Of a stretch of DNA of 64,000 bases, positions 50,663-64,000 are shown one piece after another. The DNA lies in NCBI GenBank assembly GCA_030141605.1, contig JAQGDQ010000156.1:417459-481458 (forward strand), given 5' to 3'. Positions within the stretch are counted from its first letter, which is position 1; each line of letters begins with the position of its first letter. Below the pieces are notes generated by a model. The model was not told the DNA's origin. It was given only the letters and a program-made list of their open reading frames with translations, and did no database searches. Source of the DNA: Tubiluchus corallicola. Taxonomy: Eukaryota; Animalia; Priapulida. The position numbers and the translations under genes were made by a program.

Positions 50663-53600
50663 GACCTCGTGTTGCAATGCATAAAACATAAAGTTTTGTG
50701 TAATCCTTTCTCTGATGAGTTATAATAGACTCATTTGACAAAGTTAATATAAAGAACAAGAGATTTGATTTCCCTGTTGGACTGAACGGTTTATGGAAAA
50801 TAACATAGCCGAAAGACATCAGATGTTAATTGGCTCTTATGAATATATGCTGCCTTCATAAATTATGTGCAGCCTTTGCTGTGGACATGCATCTGAGCAG
50901 TTGCTGGCATCACGTCATTAAAATTTGACACGCTTTGTTTAGTATTGTTATACACGGTGTGAACACTTCTCAACACTTCTCTTATTTTTATCAGCTGCGA
51001 AAGAACTTAATTTAATATATTTCCAGATCCCAGATTGGGCAGAAATAAAGGAGTCTCACAGGAAGAGGACTTGATGGTTGCACATACCTATGCAATGGCA
51101 CAAACTCCCGGAGCTGCTTCAGTATGATATTTGCCTTGCAGTTCTATGCACGTACATTTTGTAAACTGCTGTGTGCTGACATAGTCGTTAAATTCTTATT
51201 TTATCTTGTCATTTAAATCTCACTTTTAGACTATTAACACTGTTTGCATGTGCTAGAAATATTGCTGCTTTTTGCTTTACAGTTTGTTTAATTCATGTTC
51301 ATTCAAAAGTGCAAATCAATTGCAACAAATTTTTCTAATTTTGAATCAATTGCTTATGTTAAATCAAAGCCGATAGAAGCCTGAAAAGCTGGTGATAGGC
51401 AGCTTTATAGTTGATTCTTCAGTGAAGTGGTGCAGACTGGCACTGATTAGGCATTAATTCAATTAACTGTTGTAAATGTAAACCGATAAGTTTAAGTATT
51501 AATTTCAGGTGTATCACAGCAGTAATTTCAATTTTATATAGCAAGTTTGTCGCTTGTTTGCCAAAATCTCTGTTTTTATGCCAGGTGTGTCAAATAAAAA
51601 AATATCACTGCTTCTGTCAAAATTTTGTTATTTAAAACTGCAATTTTTCGTTCATTTCTCATTCAACCTGCCAGTGATTGTGCTATTTTTGGAGAAAAAA
51701 AACAGAAAAATTGAACAAATCCAGTAAGGTGGCTGAAATTTTTTTGCAAATTAGTCTTCCTTTAATTATAACAGGTTTAATTGCAGGAAGTCGGAGATTG
51801 AAATGACTGCTGACTTTTAGGACATTAGTGCTTTGTTTTTTCTTTGATGTATGCATGTAATTGTTTTACAATATTGACATGATATTATATTATTATGATA
51901 ATAATCTTTATTTTTTATATAAAGTTTTTATTGTGATGATATTTGTAATTGGTTATTTATAGGTGTGTTGCTGTATTGGAAGTTTATTTGGAAACTCTGT
52001 GAGGTTGCTTCAGTTAAATACTGAGTCTCACTGCAATGTATCTGGACATGCACACGATGAACTGACAGTTCTTTCCTGGTATATAGTATGCCTAGTGTTA
52101 GCATCAATTATGCACTCTGCTGCACAGATATATAGGCATTACTGTGTAATTTTGAGTATTGTTGCTGTTTCTCTTGCATTGGCATTGAATGCAAAAAGTT
52201 CTTTTACTGGTTTTTCCTCTAAGATGCACCACGTCCCTACTGCTCTAAGATTTTAAGCTAATGATGATGATAGAATTAAATAGTGAAATTTTATGTACAA
52301 CAGTTTCCGAGACATGGGATTAGTACACCCATGCTGGTAGGTAGGATAGTGGTTAGTAGTGGCAGATCTAGGGGGTGAGCCAAAGGGGCCTGGGCCCCAT
52401 TTCACAGTAGCAGTTACAGCACACCAAGTGAATATTTTCCCTGGATTATAAGCTTTAGAACGTTTAGTGGTAGCTTTTAATGACTTGTATCGAGTAAAAA
52501 GTTCTGCATTTATGATTTTAGTGTAAAAACGTTGTGCCCCTTAAGTTTTTGGCAAATATATCCTGTGCGCAATTATATGCTGTACTAGCGTGTATGCTAG
52601 TATATTGGCGTGTAATTAAGAGTCAAAAGTTTGAGGTGACATAATGAGTTTTAAACTACAGAATTTGTTTGAGGAAATAGTAAGAAAACGGTCTAAAATG
52701 CAGCTTATAGGTATTATATTACTTATTATGTTATAGATATAGCTTATAGCACTCGCTAGAACCCCCAGCTGCTTTTTCGTTGGGCCCACCTTTTTTCCAA
52801 ACCCTGTATCTGCCCCTGGTTAGTGCTCTCAAACTTGGGTCATAGAGCATGAGAGTACTGATCCCTGGTCTCGGGTTCAAATCCAGACCATCTCACAATT
52901 TTTGAGTGTCTGCTTTTTCCTGCTTAGCAGCCGCAATATGTAATAATTGCTAAAATAAACCGCTATAGGTAATAATTGCTAAAATAAACCGCAGTAGTTT
53001 ATAAAAAATTCTGGCAATCACAGTCATAATTGATTAATGTTAGTTTGAATCTTGTTAACGAATTTTAATGACATGACTGTGTGGTCGTGTAAGCAACAAC
53101 TTTTTGAGATTTTCTGTTTGATTTTACTAGTGCGCCACTATGTGATCATTCTCCACTGAAAGCTGAACTAACTTCACAGACAAAACAGCCAACAGTTTCA
53201 GTAAGGAAAGGTGAGAACAATTGCAAAATACAGAATTAATGTGCCAACATGAAAATTCTGCAAGCTGTGTGTACCAGTTAACATTTTTTTACGTTTGTGA
53301 AAATATCTTGTACGTACCTAATTGTATTTCCATAGGTGTTGGAAAAGCAAAAACAGAAAAATCGGTTGTACAAAATCACGCCGTAACATTCCACGATAGG
53401 ATTAAATCCTCCGGTTATATAGCTAATAAACCAAGGTAATTCATTACAATTCAATTCTCTGGCTACTTTTCAATTGCAAGTGGCTTTCCGGCAGATTATG
53501 ACCTTTTGGGGCCTTGGACTAGTGAAATTATAGGGCCCCCTCAGATGAAGCTACCCTCTAATTTGCCTTCACCTAGGGTTACCATACGTCCGGGTTTCCC

Positions 53601-56600
53601 CGGACACGTCCTCTTTTTGGACCTCTGTCCGGGCGTCCAGGCGGGTTTTTAAAAAATCGGCAGTTTATCTGGGTTTTGCCTCAATCCGTAAGTATGTATG
53701 GATGTTGCCAACTGCAGAGGCATACGACAGAATGAGACAAAGAAAAGCTTGTTAATACAACATGTTGCTAGCATCTCAAAATGCAACACTTGTAAAAGCT
53801 TTGTGTACATATTTGCTGCACAAAAGTAAGCGATGCGCACATCACTATGGGTCACACGACTCACACCGCTGTCAATACTCGGCGTATTCGCTATTTTGCA
53901 TTGTTTTAATAGACCCTAGACTGGTATTTTTGCCTCCTTACAGGTGTGCGAAAAAGTGTCCTCTTTTTCAACTCAGACAATATGGTAACACCTTCACCCG
54001 TCTTGAATGTTTTTTACAAGTGATATATTTTAGTGACATTTGCATAGCTTGAAATAAACTTATTGTAAATTATTTAAATAAACTAGAATACCTTTTGTTT
54101 GTCAATAAAACTGTTCTTTAAGAAATACCATTATTTTACTATTCATTGCAAACAAAATTAGCACTTATTTCAACACAACCATAGTGGAAAAACAGATTTT
54201 TTTACCAAAGCTTGAGGGTCCTCCAAGCTTCATGGACCCTAGGCTACAGCCTATATTGGCCTAAGCTATAGCATAATCCTGCCCTGCTCATAGTTGACAG
54301 TGTTTTTATATATTTCTGACAGTAGAAAGAAAATATAGGCAAAAGCATCTTGTTGAACATTGAACAGTAAGCATTTCTAAACAAATGCAATGGCAACATG
54401 AAAAATCTTAATGAAGAACAACTTGAACTCTACACCAGAGGTTATGATATTTACATTAGTGTTCACCTGTGCTAAAACTGCATCACTGTCTCGTCCTTTA
54501 CCACTCAACAACTCATACTGGCAAAAAACACATGCAATTACATGTAGTGGATATGTCTCTTTTGTTATTGACATAACTGATGATAATGATCTTAAACTAT
54601 AAGATGAAAATTAAGCAGCTTTTTTATTTCACATAGTAAATATTTTTGAATTAAGGTTTATAGTGTTTTTATATTGTGGTGCTGATGGTGGTAATGATGT
54701 TAGTGACAGTGGTTGGCGATGTTGCTTGTTGGGGGTGTTGACAATGATGGTGAAGGTGATAGTGGTTGCACTGCCATTGTTTTTGTTGATTTTGTCATTG
54801 CTGCTGTTGGAGGTGTTTTCCTTCTTTAGCTTTTACATGCACTAGATATAATGTGCTTTCCGAATTCTAGGAAATCGATGTTTCAGCCACGAACAAACGT
54901 TTCTCGCAGGCTTCCAACAAGCAAGTCCGAACCAGTGATATCAAAAAGGTGAAAATTTTGAAAGCCAGTCTTTGGGCGTTTCACTTCTTGTATAAGTTTA
55001 CCAAATTGTTTGAAAAGTTTCGTTTTCGTAATATGATTATGTAAGCAGTTGTTTCTGTTCTTTAACATGCTATTTTTATTTACTATTATTGTAGAATAAC
55101 TAAACAAGTTTATCCCATGGAAGGTAATGCTCCGAAACACTTGAGGCACAAACAGGCTGTTGCGGATAAACCCACAGCAATCAACAGTCTAAAATTTTCA
55201 GGTTAGTTTTACAAGTTGCGAGCAATCTGCAAAATGGACGTCATTGGATAATTGTTTAGTTTTGTATAATTTTATTTTTGCTTTTGCTTTGCTTTATATT
55301 TTTACTCACATAAACGTTATGCACTACAAAATCCAAATTTCTTAATTTCTGAAAATAGTATGATGTTAGTCCCAGACTAACCACAGAGTATAACGCTTAT
55401 AATTTTTCAGGATTTCAGCTTTCATTTTGGTCTAATATTGCATGATACAATATTTACTTACTACTTAGTATGATTTTGGAAAACATATTTTTCAAGGGCT
55501 TGATTTTTTATTTTTATAATAAGCTCAGAAAATGTTGGTTTATTTTACAAAAGCCTGTAATACTTCTGAATCTTTTGTCTGCTGATGTTTGTTTTGTTGT
55601 GATAACCACAGCAAATTACTCAAAATTTGAAGTGAAAACTTGTCATTTTTGATATGTGGAGTGTGCAGTCACATGCAACACTTAACACCTAACAGCTTAA
55701 AGTAAAACCGGACCCAATCTTAAACTGTAGGTCAGAACAATTTATTCTTTAAAATATTGAAAGGAAACTATTTTTTGAAAAATGACTTACATGAGAGAAT
55801 TTCACGTTCCCGCCACTAGTTCTTCACTGTTACACGGATTTCGACATTTGCTAGTTATATGGGCACTAGCGCCTGCATTTCAGAAATGCATTGCACATAA
55901 AAGAGGTGCTGTACCTCTCAGTTCAGATGTGTTAGTTTGTGATGAACTACATATGTTCGACAGCTTATGCGTGAGCACAGCGGTAAAATTGAAATTTGAA
56001 TTTTTATCTCAAAACTTGCTTAGTTTTAGTACAACACACTGAATATCTTACAGTAGCACTGTACTTTAATCTTTGCCTTTGCAAACACGCTCGTGGAATA
56101 TTTTTGATGTTGAAAATTATGTTAATTTGTGATGTAGTCATTAGTTGGGATTGCCTGCACTCAAATAAATTTTTAATCTGTTATTTAATTATCAGAAATG
56201 CTTTTGTGGTACTAATTGTGTTAAAATGTGTACTTTATATCAGACTTGAAAATGGGGTAGTATATGAAAAAATATATGTCTTCCCTAAAGCACATGACAG
56301 AAATCTATATGAACAGTGACAGCAGCCAGTTTATTAGGGTATGCAATGAGGATCAGTGGTGGTTCTTCCATCAGTACTACAGCAGTTCAACCATTTAAGC
56401 ATTTTTTCATTTGTATTTTGTGACCGGAGATTGTCGCAAAGTGATATGTTCAAATAGTTGTTGTATCAAAGTCAGTGCTTATATTTATGCATTTTTCTGT
56501 TCATAGGTTTACTTTCATACGAGTTAAAGAACTGTTAAATCGATTATATAACAAAGTAATGGTGTAATCTTTTGCATTAATAAGTAGTTTAATACAGTGA

Positions 56601-59600
56601 TAGAGGCTGAAAATGTAGTAAGTTTATCAGAAAACATGTTTATAGTCCAAAATCTCAAGCATTGCTGCTATTATTATTTTTAGTAATGTTCTAACCAACA
56701 ACTAATTACCATAGTTAGTGGTCATAGCCATAGTCAGAGTCATCATTCTGTATCTTTAGTTATATTCATATCTTCATTGTTTCAGAGAATGGAAAGAATC
56801 TTGCTTGCTCACTGTCAAACAAAATGGTCCAGGTGCTAGCCATGCCTTTGAACGAGAAATCTGCTGATAAGGGCTTTGCTTGTGTTGGTATGCTTCTTGT
56901 TAGTCTAAATTTTTGCTCTATTAGTACAGGTATAAATTTTTCAATACAAAAGAATTTCATGGTTTGGTACAAGCCCAACCTTTTCAGTAATAGAAAAAAG
57001 AGAAAAGTTGAGAAAAATTTGTTTCTTATTTAGATATACATGTCAAGTTTCGAAATTTACAATGTAAACTTATTGGGCAGCACGAAATAATTTTACGCTA
57101 TCTGCAGTAACAGAGTAGTAGGAAAGTGTTCTCTCTGCATGCCATCTTTCATCTGTGGTCTCTGTTATCTTTAACTTTGAATACAATGTCAAACAAAGGT
57201 CATTCACCGAGATTGTTAGCGTTTAATTTAAACATTTTTATTGAATAACAAGTATTGCAATACGGCTTGAACAGACAGTTTTTAACAACTGATGAATGTT
57301 CTCACCAATGAAACGTAACATTTAGTAGAGTGCAGACGATAGACAAACAGTATAAGCATTACAGTACGACTACTAGCAGTATAGATACATACGTAGCATA
57401 ATGTTGAGAATGACATTAATGTTACTATGTAATCACTATAAACTAATACAATGTTAAGAAGCACTTACTAAGAAATAATCATAGTTTTTACATCCTCTCT
57501 GACTCAGGTCAAAGTTTGTTGGGAAAAGCCAACCTGCATTTGTGTTTGAGAAACAGTTAGTCTACGATCACCAAAAGAGTTCTTTAGATGTAATTTAAAT
57601 AGCATTAGTTTTTAGTGTTTGTTTATTAGGTCATAATGGTGCTGTACTGTCAGCTAACTGGAGTCGTGACAGTCGTTGGCTGATTTCCTCTTCTTGTGAT
57701 AAGACCGCTAAGATATGGTCAAGCAACTACAGTGAACCAATTCTAACCTTGGATTGTGTAAAGCGGAGCATGTCTAGTGACTGGCCGGGGACAAACCGAG
57801 ATAACGTATTATTATACATTTTCTTTTGAATTCATACTTCCGCTCAATGTTTGGTACACGATACACGAATGAAATTCAAAAATGATTGTTATTCAATGTG
57901 TTTTTTATAATACAAGAACGAAACGAACGAAAATTTGGAAAAATAACGGCAGTATGTGAAAATCAATAGTGACAAAAACTTATAATAGTCTATTAAATAG
58001 TTTGTAATAATAAAACGTAGAATATTTTCCTATCGACCCTTCAATAGGGGTGAGCATCGAATGTTGCTTTTTTAGTTCACATTCGATTTGAACCTAAAAT
58101 TATAGATTCGAATAATTCGGCACTTCAGCCACATATGTTCGTTATTACTAAAATGTTTAAAATGTTTGAACCAGCATGCAAATAGCACAATTTTGCTACA
58201 GTTTCTGTGCAGAATTTTTAATAAACTAATAGTGGTTTTACTGCAGAACAAAATCAAGTACTATGCATGATCCTTGTAAGATCACTTTTTACTTGTGTTT
58301 CGAAAATATTTTAAACTCCATTCGAATTTGAAATACTGAAATTCGGTTCGATTCGACTTCAAAAGTCACAAATTCGAGTCGATTCGAATGCTCACCTGTA
58401 CCCTTCAAACTGAAAGACGCCATAATTTTATCTAATGGTGCGGGAAATGTGGCCTTTCATTCTGAAACCAGATATACGCAGATGTTTAATCATAGATATA
58501 TTTGCATATGCAACAGACACAATCATATGCAAAATTAACAAAGTGTTACAATATGAAATTAAAAACCTAATGGAGTTTTTTAATAATTTACTCGCTGTTG
58601 TTCTTATTTATTTATTTTAGATAAAAGTAGATGTAGATACACATAGAAGCTAAAGAAAGTAGATGATACATGTAGATGATTCAAAAGTAGGTGTAGATTC
58701 AAGGTAGATGAGAAAACAGTGTTCCAAACACTACTTCTAGCTGCTTAATACTATAACACCATATTAGATGTGTAATAGCACTCAGTGCATGATTTTTTGG
58801 GATGTTATTATTATTTGTTCGTGTTTGTGTAAACACAGTATTATTTTTCAGGGTAATGTTGAATTTACCAAAGAAGTTAGATTCGCTCAGTTTTACTACA
58901 TGGACAAATTTCTGCTGTTGACCAGTGGAAACAAGATTTATCTTTACAAATACTTGATTGATCCTACAAAGAGTGATGTAAAGAGGTGAGCGCATGATAT
59001 AGCAGAGTTCACCCCAACAGGTAGACTGGTTGAAAGGTATAAGTGTAGAGAGTAGGAATGATGGAGACGTGAAATTGTGAATGCATATAAATGATGTTCA
59101 GTCAAACCTTGTCATAACAGCCAACTTTGCTTAACAAATTTTTTAGCAAAACAAGATATCTATTATTCGCATCGTTATATGTATTAATGTACCTCGTTAT
59201 AATGCAAATGAGTAATACACCATTACTCGTATTAATGCCGAACTCAATATAACTCCAGCCTTTTTTGCAGTATAGGTGGTTTGGTGGTTTGAAACTACAG
59301 GCTCTTGAAACCAGATGTTTTATTTTTGATACGAAAATGGTATACAAAATTTGCCATGCTTTTATAGATCTAAGTTTTAATGATTTTTTACCTTCGTGCC
59401 TAGTCACGCATTAAGAGCCATAGTTATAGGTTGTACAAAAATTATTGATGTTTTTAAATACTCTTTTGCAAACAGGGTGATCGATATGTGGAACAGTTGG
59501 CTGTCTGTGATTATTAATGCTAACAATTTACGTTCTTTTTCATTTAAACTACTTACATTTGATTTTAATTCTTTCTGAAAAGTCAAAATGGAGAAAAAAC

Positions 59601-62600
59601 ATGATTTTCTAAGGTGATATGGTATTGAACTAATTTGATGCCATTGTTTTTATGCATAAATATATCTGGACCAGTCACCATTTTATTTCATTTATAGAGT
59701 GTCACTGTGAGAGCCGTGTGTTTAATGCTTTTGCACAATTACCGTTTTTAAACTTTGTATGTGTGACAAATACTTTTAACTTCTGTAAACTAAATTTCAT
59801 TTTGAAATTGAAATTACTGTTCGATAACTCTGCTGTTAATGGAGCACACAGTGCCTGAGCCTTGTTATTGTAGCTGGTTGCAGCAGGACTGGTATCTATT
59901 ACATTGTCAGTAATGATCCTCTAGATGTGACCCTGAAATGGTAGAGATGAAGAGGTCACATTTGGTTGTGCATGCATTCTTCCCCTGGTAAACTGTCTAG
60001 GCTCGTTTCGGCCGTCTATTTACTGGCTAGTGTCAGCATTTTTCAACTTTGGTGTCTGAACACATCATGACTGCTTAGCTATTTACTTTGTTAGGTTGCA
60101 ATGAATTGTAAGAGCAGTTTTATAGCAGTGGCTACATTAAGATGAGCAGTTTTATAGCAGTGGCTACATTATGAAGAGCAGTTTTATAGCAGTGGCTACA
60201 TTAAGAAGAGCAGTTTTCTAGCAGTGGCTACATTAAGAAGAGCAGTTTTATAGCAGTGGCTACATTAAGAAGAGCAGTTTTATAGCAGTGGCTACATTAA
60301 GAAGAGCAGTTTTACAGCAGTGCCTACATGAAGAAGAGCAGTTTGATAGCAGTGGCTGCATTAGGAAAAGCTCTAAAAAGGTTCGACTGGTAACTTTCTG
60401 TGTTATTACATAATTAGTTCTCCTTGTATGTATATTTGTTTTTAACTTATTATTATTTTTCTAGGTATGTAAATAACAGTAAATACAAGCTAGTCAAACA
60501 ATTTGATATGCCGTCCATCCAGCTAGTCACAGCGCTGTCTGCAATTAACAGTTTCTATTCTTGTATGTTAGTTATTCTTGTGATTTCCTTTAATTATATT
60601 TAAGTATATGTGTATGTGATTGTCGATTCACTGTTTTGTAATACGATTTCAAAAACTTACAAAAACAGAAAAAGGGAAAAGAAATTTTTGGAAAATGCTG
60701 CGTGTCGAATATTGCGTTTATGATTGTCTACTGATAACAAATATTAAACACTGTGTCTTAAAACAGTTTGATTGTTTCAAATTGTAAAATTTTGCTTCTG
60801 TGTTGAATTTAAGAGGTTGTTGTTATGGACTGCATTTGATTTTTATGCAAAAGAAATAAAATAAAAAATAAGTAGGATAAACTGTTAAGTCTGTCTGGTT
60901 AACATTTATCCTGTTAAGTCTTGGATAAATGGGCGAATGGTAAAACTCATATTTTTCGAAACTTTGAATTGGATGAAATGGCTGCATATTAAGTGTAAAT
61001 CCACATTAAAAACTTTAAGAAACTCAAGTTTATAGTTTGTGCTTGCGATGTTCACGTACTGTGTAAGCAGATTGCAATATTTTATTATACTTGCTGTAGT
61101 AATGTAAAACATTTTTTTACAGATATTGTGTTATGTGCTGGCTCAAATCGTTCAGTAGAAGTTATAGATATGAACGTTGGTCAAACTGTTCAAACTACTC
61201 CAGATGTTCATGCCAGGCCTGTACATGTACTGTGCCAAAATCAGGTAAATTTCTTTCGGAATTTTTTTCATTCTGCTGAGAAAAGTTGAATTCTTTTTTT
61301 TTGAGGTTTATTTTTACAAACAGCAAATCTTTTCAGGGGGGCAGCAAGCACAAGCACCTTTGAAGTTTTGGCACCTGAAAATTAAGCACTTTGTGCTGCT
61401 ATTGAGCTTTTTGGATGTAAATTATGGATTTGGATCTATGGATGTAAAAATGAACACATGTAAAGCATCATGAACTGTATAGTATAGTACAATACAGTAT
61501 AGGAATAGCCCCAAAAATTTCATTAATTTTTTTGTTCCTGTTATTGACGTAGTTCTTTGTTCATTTGGTTTTAATACCCAAAAAAAGCAAAACTTTCTGG
61601 GACAGAATTTGCCATGTTGGACCCCTTCCGGATGTGAGATGATCCCCGGGGTTTTCTATGTTTCGCACTCGTTTTTACTTCATATGGTTGGCAGGTCTGC
61701 ACTTGCCTGTAAGCCCTATTGCATTGATATGTTTGGAAATTAGAACTTAAGATGCTCATTGCGTAATCACGAGTTTCTACTTCTTGAGGATATTTGCTAA
61801 ATTTGCTGAAAACTATTTCTGAGAAATGAGTTAAAAGCCATTTCTAATTTTGTAGGGTTCAGCTTACGTCACTCACCCACCTGAAAATTATGATCTCTAC
61901 CTGACTGCAGCTGTTACCGACGGTGCTAAACTCTGGGATCTCAGAACATCAAGGTAATGTCAACGTATCACATAGATGAAATTTGTCATCATTATTATTA
62001 TTATTATGAGTTTATTTCGTATAAAAATATACAGTTTACAAAGATAAAGATGTTAGTAAAACAGGTAATGCGATATTAGTAAATTAACATATCTACAGAC
62101 GTGCAACTTTATAATAACCACACATGAATTATGATCTTACAGCGGAGTATGATTATTAGCATAAAATGTGGTAGATCAGTACGAAGGCATGCAGAAACTT
62201 GTGTTTGAGTGTTCAGTGGTTCGAAGAATACCGAAATGATCGGTACACAAACCCAGAAGCTCTGGATTCGCAACCAAGTGCCATAACTACTCAACTACTG
62301 CACTTTGAAAAATTATGTTTTTGGTAACAGCAGGCTAGCAGGTAGAAACACTTAAAGGAAGACATGATGATTGTTCATATACTACCCATTTTCAAGTACC
62401 GTAAAAGTATACATTTTAATGCCAATAATACTGCTTAAGCATTTCTGATAATTAAATAACATATTAAAATCTTAATTAACGGCGGCGGGCAAGCCCAGCC
62501 AGTGATGAGATCTCAAACTAACATAATTTTTAATTTCAAAAATATTCCATGAGCGTGTTGCACGTGTTTGCGAAAGTGAAAATTGAAGTGCAGTGCTATT

Positions 62601-63603
62601 GTAAGAGATTCAGGGTGTGTTGTGCTAAAACTTGGCAAGTTTTAAGACAAAAATTCAAGTTTCAAATTTACTGCTGTGCTCTCACGAGCTGTTGAATGTG
62701 TGTAGTTTGTCATAAACTAACACTGCTGATCGGAGAGGCACAGCCCCTGTTTTTTGTGTAATTCGCTTCCGAAATGCAGGTGCCCGTCTAAATAGCAAAT
62801 GACGAAATGCAAGTAATGGAAGACCTAATGGCATGAATGCGAAACTTTGTTTGTGTGGTAATAATTCTTTCACGTAAGTCTTTTTTGAAAAAATAGTATG
62901 TTCCCTTTCAATATTTTGAAGAGTAAGTTGTTTCATCTTACAGTTTAAGTTTGGGTCCAATTTTGCTTTAATGGTAATTGTGTACAACTTTTGATTTTTT
63001 GTTACATTGTTTGTTAAAAATGTAAATTGCTGAAGATTCTTAGTTTGAACATGTGCCATGCATCATTTATTAGAATCATCAATTAATGAAGCAGATTCAA
63101 GACATTTTACTTAGCAGTTGTAATTAACTGCATGCAATTTAATCAACACGATTTATGAATTTTGCGTTTAGGTGTATTTGCCGATATAGTGAACACAAAA
63201 ACAGAAGCCATCTGTGCGGAGCTGTTTTTAGTCCTTGTTCAAGGTTTATTGCCATGGGCTCAGAAGATAAATGTGTAAGTTGCAGTAGAAGTTACTGGTG
63301 TCTTATTTACAGTTCACAATATGTGAAGCTAGGGCCAGCGTATGATATCTATCTGAGTTAGCCATGTTGATTCTGACTACATCCAGCCCTTCATGTCAGT
63401 GAGACATTCTGACCAGGATTGCAGTTGTCTCAATGTCTGTTAGGGATTTTTTAATTTAAATTATAGTTTCCAATTTACCCAATAATTTTGTAATGTTTTT
63501 GTAGGCTTATATCTATGATATAAGAATGGGGTCTTACTTGCACAAACTGTCTGGACATACAGAAGTTGTTAGTGACGTCGCATTCCATCCTCTTTATTCA
63601 CAG
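45922..63603 (+). CDS. WDR27: WD repeat-containing protein 27, multi-exon, final exon beyond the window
   Basis: Phase-consistent exons: 45922-46068, 46882-47014, 47526-47650, 47817-47982, 48244-48450, 49091-49283, 49564-49667, 51027-51121, 51963-52078, 53131-53210, 53336-53435, 54871-54948, 55095-55201, 56786-56887, 57630-57805, 58852-58985, 60465-60562, 61123-61244, 61856-61953, 63172-63274, 63505-63603. WDR27-like motifs: LEGHTSVITALCFG, ASDDRTFKIWD, VTFHDRIKSSGY, AQFYYMDKFLLL...SDVKRY, SAINSFYSYIVL, FSPCSRFIAMGSEDKCAYIYD, LSGHTEVVSDVAFHP. In-frame TAA lies just before the ATG at 45922. Confidence 0.93.
46290..46700. repeat. Degenerate tandem repeat of about 55 bp (6-7 copies)
   Basis: Recurring gg(g)aattctgagtccactctaggatcaacagctctc in a WDR27 intron. 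Confidence 0.75.
47962..48110 (+). repeat. 74-bp tandem duplication spanning a WDR27 exon end and donor site
   Basis: cagtcttctgttatatcag|gtacattgatatcttatagtaa at 47964 versus cagtcttctgttatatcagatatgttgatgtcttatagtaa at 48038. Confidence 0.85.
50358..50662 (+). mobile_element. tRNA-derived SINE with (TTA)n tail
   Basis: A box tagtctagtgg (50370), B box ggttcgatac (50413), core ggtcatgccaaaggctttaaaaacggcacc...ccctgcctggcac, (tta)n at 50612-50662. Confidence 0.75.
52357..52818. mobile_element. hAT-like MITE with 5-bp TSD, inserted in a tRNA-SINE head
   Basis: TIR tagtggcagatctaggg / ccctgtatctgcccctg; GTTAG duplicated at 52352-52356 and 52819-52823. Confidence 0.7.
53487..54286. mobile_element. 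Degenerate hAT-like element (CAGGGC.GGATT type) hosting a nested MITE
   Basis: Right end cataatcctgccctg; degenerate left end ccggcagattatg; ggggcc/ggaccct subterminal motifs. Confidence 0.5.
53574..53990. mobile_element. hAT (Blackjack-like) MITE with 8-bp TSD
   Basis: TIR tagggttaccata / tatggtaaca (right end clipped); CCTTCACC at 53566-53573 and 53991-53998. Confidence 0.8.
55697..56288 (+). mobile_element. TTAA-flanked (Kolobok-like) element, copy 2
   Basis: Colinear with 21081-21106 plus 23025-23580; uninterrupted gacccaatcttaaactgtag. Confidence 0.8.
58045..58400. mobile_element. hAT MITE with 8-bp TSD
   Basis: TIR taggggtgagcatcgaat / attcgaatgctcacctgta; CCCTTCAA at 58037-58044 and 58401-58408; ttcga subterminal repeats. 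Confidence 0.85.
59300..59700 (+). pseudogene. Decayed CR1-type LINE ORF2 C-terminal fragment
   Basis: KYSFANRVIDMWNS...VIINANNLRSFSFKL resembles the CR1 ORF2 C-terminus (FFSNRVINxWNxLP). Confidence 0.6.
60108..60368. repeat. 32-bp minisatellite, about 8 copies (AAGAAGAGCAGTTTTATAGCAGTGGCTACATT)
   Basis: Head-to-tail repeats with period 32 (60181, 60213, 60245) and no spacers. Confidence 0.95.
62352..62971 (-). mobile_element. TTAA-flanked (Kolobok-like) element, copy 3 (inverted)
   Basis: TTAAaggaagacatg...ttgggtccaattttgctTTAA; reverse complement of copies 1 and 2. Confidence 0.8.
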
Positions 63604-64000
63604 GTATAATATTAGTTTTATTTACGGAATTAGTATAATTAACTTTGCTATCCGACGACTATTTTGTATACTATGTAGATATACGAGTTAAGTAGATTTG
63701 GTTCATAGTTGTCTAGTTTTTACAGCTGTTGTGATGCACTTCGAAGTCGAATGGGACTTGGACAACAACATCTGTTTTCGCATTTTTACGTGAACTTTTT
63801 TTATTCTCTGCACTCATGATTAAATTAATTGTTAGATAAGACAGTTGATTGTTCACGTACCAGTAGCATAATACTTTTCCACTGTCTATCTATCAATTCA
63901 AATCGAATAGTTTGTAACACTTGCTTTAATAACTTTTGTGAATAAATTTGTCCACAACATACTGTTGAGTAAATAAAAGTTTGAAATCATTCATATTTCT

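Noticed and set aside
60108-60368. CRISPR-like 32-bp repeats
   Set aside because: No spacers; ordinary intronic minisatellite.
63727-63760. Final WDR27 exon after ttttacag
   Set aside because: The frame reads CTG TTG TGA and lacks the expected last WD strand, so the terminal exon is probably beyond the window.

Overview
This is AT-rich eukaryotic DNA with spliceosomal introns, from an invertebrate animal that cannot be identified from the sequence; it is not prokaryotic and contains no CRISPR array. Five protein-coding genes were reconstructed by hand with phase-consistent splice sites: a MAST kinase (+, 5' end outside the window, 16 exons to 16546), an AQP4-like aquaporin (-, 4 coding exons), TMEM229B (-), an FBXL8-like F-box gene (-) and WDR27 (+, 21 coding exons, running off the window), which lies head-to-head with the F-box gene. 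Introns and intergenic DNA hold many, often nested, transposons: a young 5'-truncated LINE with an intact RT ORF, decayed CR1-type LINEs, tRNA- and 5S-derived SINE-like elements, and hAT/Kolobok/Harbinger/Tigger/MULE-like MITEs, plus mini- and microsatellites. The most interesting observations are an AQP4 M1/M23-like dual-start CxxxC architecture, a candidate spliced upstream microprotein on the FBXL8 transcript, two tandem duplications of splice sites whose extra copies lost the AG or GT, a MITE carrying invariant DR1 nuclear-receptor motifs, and a CpG-decay footprint suggesting gene-body methylation. I found no clearly new multi-gene system. Family assignments are from recognition of motifs, not database searches.
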